From the NCBI GenBank assembly GCA_026016225.1, contig CP061210.1, forward strand, positions 194,000 through 257,999: DNA of 64,000 nucleotides, written 5' to 3'. Under the pieces are notes generated by a model. It ran no database searches and had not been told where the DNA came from. It saw nothing but the letters and a program-made list of their open reading frames with translations. Position 1 is the stretch's first letter, and every line of letters starts with the position of its first letter. The DNA is from Candidatus Nealsonbacteria bacterium. GTDB taxonomy: Bacteria > Patescibacteriota > Minisyncoccia > Minisyncoccales > JANBVM01. Below, piece by piece: positions 59,931-64,000 of the stretch. A program made the translations under genes and the position numbers.

Positions 59931-61259
59931 ATGAAGCTTAAATTTCAATCGCCAACCGGAATGCATGATATTTTGGAGGAAGACCAGAAATATTTTAAAA
60001 AGATTTACGATGTAGTTAATGAAATTGTCAGTTTTTATAATTTTCAAAAAATAGAAACCCCGATTTTAGAAGAAACAGAACTTTTTTCAAAAGGGATTGG
60101 CTTGGCTACAGAGGTGGTTCAAAAGCAAATGTTTTCTTTCAGAACGAGAGGAGGTGACCACTTATCCTTAAGACCTGAAGGAACAGCCTCTATAGTAAGG
60201 GCATATATTCAAAATGGGATGCAGAGTTTTCCAAAGCCAGTAAAACTTTGGTATTTCGGACCTTTCTTTCGATATGAAAAACCTCAGCTGGGAAGATTTC
60301 GTCAGTTTTGGCAATTTGGTGCAGAAACTATAGGAGAGGAAAGTCCGATAAGAGATGCGGAAATTGTTCAGATTTTTTACAACATTTTAAAGAAGCTTAG
60401 ACTAAAAAATTTACTTGTAGAAGTAAATAGTATTGGGGCTAAATGTTGTCGGCCTTATTATAAGAAACTCTTAACGAGCTATTTTAAATCAAGAGTTAAT
60501 AGTTTATGTATCAATTGTAGGCGGAGATTGAAAGCAAGTCCCTTAGGAATCTTGGATTGCAAAGAAGAAAAGTGCCAAAGAATAATTTCTCAAGCCCCAC
60601 AGGCAATAGACCATCTTTGTCAGAAATGTCATCAGCATTTCAAAGGGTTCCTTGAATTCTTAGATGAGCTTGAAGTGCCTTATCATTTAAACCCTTATTT
60701 GGTAAGAGGATTAGATTATTACACAAGGACTGTTTTTGAAATTTTTCCTACTGGAGAGCAGCAAAAACAGAACAAAGAAGAAAAGGAAGCAAAGAAAGAA
60801 AAAGATTCTGCAGAAATGCCAAAGAGCGCTTTAGCAGGTGGAGGTAGATATGATAATTTAGTTAAGATTTTAGGAGGGAAGGATACTCCGGCCGTAGGAG
60901 CAGCAGCAGGTATTGATAGAATTGTGTGGCTGATGAAAAAAGAATCAGTAAAGCTCCCGCAAGAAGCAGAAACTCAAATTTTTTTAGCTCAGTTGGGTAA
61001 TTTAGCAAAGAGGAAGTCCTTAAAATTAATAGAAGAATTTAGAAAAGCGAAAATTCCAATTTTAGAATCTCTTGGTCGAGATTCTTTAAGAGCTCAGTTA
61101 GCAATAGCAGATAAAGAAGGTGTAAAATATACTTTGATTTTAGGTCAAAAAGAAGCTTTACAGGAAACGATAATAATTAGACGTATGACAAGCGGAGAAC
61201 AAAAGGAGGTAAAATTAGAAAAGCTGATAAAAGAGGTGAAAAAAATTTTAAAGAGATAG
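59931..61259 (+). CDS. hisS: histidyl-tRNA synthetase
   Basis: PTGMHDILEED, class II motifs (LRPEGT, FRYEKPQLGRFRQFWQ, GGGRYD) and a C-terminal anticodon-binding domain. Confidence 0.9.
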   Translation: MKLKFQSPTGMHDILEEDQKYFKKIYDVVNEIVSFYNFQKIETPILEETELFSKGIGLATEVVQKQMFSFRTRGGDHLSLRPEGTASIVRAYIQNGMQSFPKPVKLWYFGPFFRYEKPQLGRFRQFWQFGAETIGEESPIRDAEIVQIFYNILKKLRLKNLLVEVNSIGAKCCRPYYKKLLTSYFKSRVNSLCINCRRRLKASPLGILDCKEEKCQRIISQAPQAIDHLCQKCHQHFKGFLEFLDELEVPYHLNPYLVRGLDYYTRTVFEIFPTGEQQKQNKEEKEAKKEKDSAEMPKSALAGGGRYDNLVKILGGKDTPAVGAAAGIDRIVWLMKKESVKLPQEAETQIFLAQLGNLAKRKSLKLIEEFRKAKIPILESLGRDSLRAQLAIADKEGVKYTLILGQKEALQETIIIRRMTSGEQKEVKLEKLIKEVKKILKR

Positions 61260-61260
61260 A

Positions 61261-61620
61261 ATGAAACAATGTATATTTTGTAAAATTATAAAAGGAGAGA
61301 TTCCAGCTGAAGTGATTTATAGCGATAGGAATTTTATTGTTTTTAAAGACATTAAACCTAAAGCCCCCATTCACATTTTAATTGTTCCCAAAAAACATAT
61401 AATTTCAATTAACCATTTAGAAGATGGAGACAAAGAACTAATTGGAGAATTATTTTTGATGGCAGGAAAAATGGCAGAAGAGGTAGGATTAAAAGAAAAA
61501 GGTTATAAATTGGTATTTAATGTTGGTAAAGGAGGAGGTCAAATAATAGACCATTTGCATTTACACCTTTTAGGAGGATGGAAAAGTGGAGAAAAAAGAG
61601 ACATCCCGGGAATGCCATAA
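61261..61620 (+). CDS. HIT-family (HinT-like) nucleotide hydrolase
   Basis: CIFCKII.GEIPA start and the histidine triad HLHLHLLGG. Confidence 0.85.
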   Translation: MKQCIFCKIIKGEIPAEVIYSDRNFIVFKDIKPKAPIHILIVPKKHIISINHLEDGDKELIGELFLMAGKMAEEVGLKEKGYKLVFNVGKGGGQIIDHLHLHLLGGWKSGEKRDIPGMP

Positions 61621-61652
61621 AATAAATAAATACCTGATTAGGTATTACCACT

Positions 61653-61886
61653 ATGGTTTTAGAAGTAAAAAAGAAAGAAAAAGAGACTTCACAGAGTTTA
61701 GTTCGTCGCTTTAACAAAAGACTTAAACAAAGCGGGCTTTTGCTTAGGGCAAGGAAAAGATCCTTTAAAAAAAGAAAAAAATCAAGACAATTAAAAAAGA
61801 GAGCTGCTTTAAGAAGAGAAGAAAAAAGAAAAGAATATAAAAGAAGGGAAAAACTCAGTCAAGTTATTAAGCGATATAGGCGATAA
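61653..61886 (+). CDS. rpsU: 30S ribosomal protein S21
   Basis: 77 aa, basic. SLVRRFNKRLKQSGLLLRARKRSFKKRKKSRQLKKRAA fits the S21 pattern. Confidence 0.8.
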   Translation: MVLEVKKKEKETSQSLVRRFNKRLKQSGLLLRARKRSFKKRKKSRQLKKRAALRREEKRKEYKRREKLSQVIKRYRR

Positions 61887-61906
61887 CCTTAATTCTTCTA
61901 CGTGAT

Positions 61907-62401
61907 ATGTTAAAAAAGAAAATTGAAACAGATTTTAAGCAAGCTTTAAAAAAAAAGAGAGAAATTGAGCTTTCTGTTTTAAGGATGTTGAAAGCTGAAA
62001 TTTTAAATAGAGAAAAAGAAAAAAGATATAGTTTAAGTAAAGAAAAACCAGACTTAAGCTGTGAAGAATTAGAGAAACAAAGCGTTTTAGCTGACGAGGA
62101 GATTTTAAAAGTTATCCTTTCAAAGATCAAAAAGAGTAGAGAAGCAATTTCTGAGTTTGAAAAAGGCGAGAGGGAAGATTTAGTGAAAAAAGAGAAAGAG
62201 GAAATTAAAATTTTTAAAAATTATCTCCCCGGCCAGCTTTCTGAAAAAGAGCTAAAGAGGATGGGAAAAAAGATTATTGAAAAAACTGGAGCAAAAGATA
62301 TCAAAGACATGGGAAGAGTGATGTCTGAATTAATGCCGAAAATAAAAGGAAGAGCAGAAGGAGTTTTAGTTTCAAGAATTATTAAGGAGTTATTAAGTTG
62401 A
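61907..62401 (+). CDS. yqeY: GatB/YqeY-domain protein
   Basis: 164 aa. LSVLRMLKAEILNREKE ... DMGRVMSELMPKIKGRAEG is typical of YqeY. Confidence 0.75.
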   Translation: MLKKKIETDFKQALKKKREIELSVLRMLKAEILNREKEKRYSLSKEKPDLSCEELEKQSVLADEEILKVILSKIKKSREAISEFEKGEREDLVKKEKEEIKIFKNYLPGQLSEKELKRMGKKIIEKTGAKDIKDMGRVMSELMPKIKGRAEGVLVSRIIKELLS

Positions 62402-62402
62402 T

Positions 62403-62822
62403 ATGATTGAAGTTAAGAATTTAACTTTTACTCCGGTTGATGAAATTTTTTTAAAAAAAGCAGCCGAGAATGTTTTAAAAGGAGAGAGAAAGAAGAAATT
62501 TTATTTATCTATTGCGTTAATTGGGCGTTCGAGAATGAAAGAATTAAATAAAAAGTATTTGAAGAGAAATTATGCAACAGATGTCCTGGCTTTTCCAGAG
62601 ACAGAAAAACACCCTAAAATTAATATCTTAGGAGAGGTTATAATTTGCCCCCAAGTAATTAAGAATAATGCTAAAAAATTTAATTTTGTTTTTAAAAAAG
62701 AACTGTGCAAAGTTTTGATTCATGGGATTTTACATCTTTTAGGATATGGCCATAAAAAATCAGCCAAAGAGGCTGAAAAAATGGAAAGAAAAGAAAATTA
62801 TTATTTAAAAAAGATGTTTTGA
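62403..62822 (+). CDS. ybeY: rRNA maturation endoribonuclease YbeY
   Basis: TDVLAFP, and the zinc motif HGILHLLGYGH. Confidence 0.85.
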   Translation: MIEVKNLTFTPVDEIFLKKAAENVLKGERKKKFYLSIALIGRSRMKELNKKYLKRNYATDVLAFPETEKHPKINILGEVIICPQVIKNNAKKFNFVFKKELCKVLIHGILHLLGYGHKKSAKEAEKMERKENYYLKKMF

Positions 62823-62873
62823 TATTTTTGATTTCTGACTTAAAATAAAACAAATCTTCGAAAAGCATATAAA

Positions 62874-64000
62874 ATGGCAAAAGAAAGATTCATAACAGGT
62901 TTAGATATTGGAACATCGAATATAAGAACTCTAACAGTTAAACAAAAGCCAAAAGAGGAAAATTTAGAGTTAGTTTTAAAAACTTCAGAAACTTCAGAAG
63001 GAATCAGAAAAGGGATAGTAGTTAATGTCGAAAAGGTTTCTTCCATTTTCAAAGACATTTTTTTGAAAAATTCACAGGATTCAGGCCAAAATATTAATTC
63101 AGTATACATTAACCTTAGTGGAAGCCATCTTTTTTCTATTCCCTCTCGCGGTTTAATTTCTGTTTCTCGAGCAGACCAAAAAATTTCTGAAGAAGATATC
63201 CAAAGGGTCTTACAGGAAGCTCGGACGATAAATCTTTCTTCTAATAAAGAAATATTTGATGTTTTTGCCAGAGAATATATTGTTGATGGTGTAAAGGGAA
63301 TAAAAGAGCCCCTTGGACTTCAAGGGGTGAAGTTAGAGGTAGAAGTCTTGGCTTTGGGAGGTTTTTCTCCCTATTTGCAGAACATTAAACAGGCAGTTTT
63401 AAATTCAGATTTGGAAATTTTAGATATGATTCCTTCTCCAATAGCGGCAGCCCGTGCAGTTCTGACAGAAAAACAAAAAGAGTTAGGAGTTGGTCTTTTA
63501 GATATAGGGGCTGGCATTACAAGTTTAGCTGTTTTTGAAGAAGGAAGCTTAATACATTTGGTAATCTTACCTATGGGGTCTGCTAATATCACCAATGATA
63601 TTGCTATTGGTTTAAAAATAGACATCGATATAGCAGAGAGAATAAAGATTGAATATGGCTCTTGCTTTTTAAGAGGAAGGGATGTCAAAAGAAAAATAAA
63701 TATTGGTGGAGATGAACCCTTAGTTTTTTCCCAGAAATTTTTAGTAAAAATTATTTCAGATAGAATTTCAGAAATTTTCGAAGAAGTTAATAAGGAGTTA
63801 AAAAAGATTTCCAAAGAAAAACTTTTACCAGCCGGTATAATTTTAACTGGTGGCGGAGCAAAAATGCACAAAATCGTAGAATTAGCCAAGAATAAACTTC
63901 ATTTACCCGTTCGTTTAGGAATACCTGAAGGGATTTTGGGAATAGATGGAGATTTAAGTATGGCTACTGCTTGCGGTTTAGTTTTAATGGGTGCTGATGC
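62874..64000 (+). CDS. ftsA: cell division protein FtsA (3' end beyond the window)
   Basis: The frame opens at ATG 62874 and stays open to the window edge. GLDIGTSNIRTL, LLDIGAGITSLAVF, GSANITNDIAIGL and ILTGGGAK are actin-fold FtsA blocks. It is missing from the ORF track because there is no stop in the window. Confidence 0.85.
   Translation, partial: MAKERFITGLDIGTSNIRTLTVKQKPKEENLELVLKTSETSEGIRKGIVVNVEKVSSIFKDIFLKNSQDSGQNINSVYINLSGSHLFSIPSRGLISVSRADQKISEEDIQRVLQEARTINLSSNKEIFDVFAREYIVDGVKGIKEPLGLQGVKLEVEVLALGGFSPYLQNIKQAVLNSDLEILDMIPSPIAAARAVLTEKQKELGVGLLDIGAGITSLAVFEEGSLIHLVILPMGSANITNDIAIGLKIDIDIAERIKIEYGSCFLRGRDVKRKINIGGDEPLVFSQKFLVKIISDRISEIFEEVNKELKKISKEKLLPAGIILTGGGAKMHKIVELAKNKLHLPVRLGIPEGILGIDGDLSMATACGLVLMGAD

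Noticed and set aside
60755-60826. Lys/Glu-rich insertion (EQQKQNKEEKEAKKEKDSAEMPK) in HisRS, considered as another in-frame repeat element.
   Set aside because: The nucleotide sequence is an A-rich low-complexity tract without a hairpin or shared core motif. It is more likely ordinary loop expansion.
63371-63889. 172-aa minus-strand ORF at the right end of the window.
   Set aside because: The plus strand here encodes an unmistakable FtsA (DIGAGITSLAVF, ILTGGGAK). FtsA is missing from the track only because its stop lies beyond the window.

Overview
This is a 64-kb, visibly AT-rich and very gene-dense bacterial chromosome segment with short intergenic gaps and many overlapping stop/start codons. 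Housekeeping genes dominate. There are six aminoacyl-tRNA synthetases (ArgRS, IleRS, GlyRS, MetRS, LeuRS, HisRS), infC-rpmI-rplT, rpsU, smpB plus tmRNA, and two tRNAs (Arg-CCG, Leu-CAA). Also present are topA, dprA, recO, PolX, greA, pth, lepB, ftsA (partial), murA, glmS, a 2-oxoacid:ferredoxin oxidoreductase, tsaC, ybeY and tatD. Mixed in are mevalonate-pathway enzymes (mevalonate kinase, class II HMG-CoA reductase) and several archaeal/eukaryote-flavoured genes: Elp3, a Trm9-like methyltransferase, a presenilin-like protease and an EndoQ-like nuclease. The gene content suggests a streamlined Patescibacteria/CPR-like bacterium; this is an inference, since there is no rRNA in the window. No CRISPR array, transposase, integrase or prophage was seen. 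Most interesting observations: (1) IleRS carries an apparently intact ~195-aa histidine-phosphatase domain nested in its catalytic core. (2) A family of short GC-rich hairpin elements (GAGCGA[A/G]GC-type cores, GGAACC/GGTTCC-type flanks) occurs in divergent intergenic regions. Members also sit in frame inside housekeeping genes (EndoQ-like, PflX-like radical SAM, PolX, TopA, possibly RtcA), reminiscent of Rickettsia palindromic elements. (3) There is a divergent Elp3 / Trm9-like pair. (4) The tmRNA gene overlaps the smpB stop codon and abuts a non-AUG infC. (5) A split dehydratase-like/activase/radical-SAM cluster is present. (6) Three compositionally shifted orphan loci have their own promoters and terminators. 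All functional calls rest on motif recognition by eye; no searches were run.
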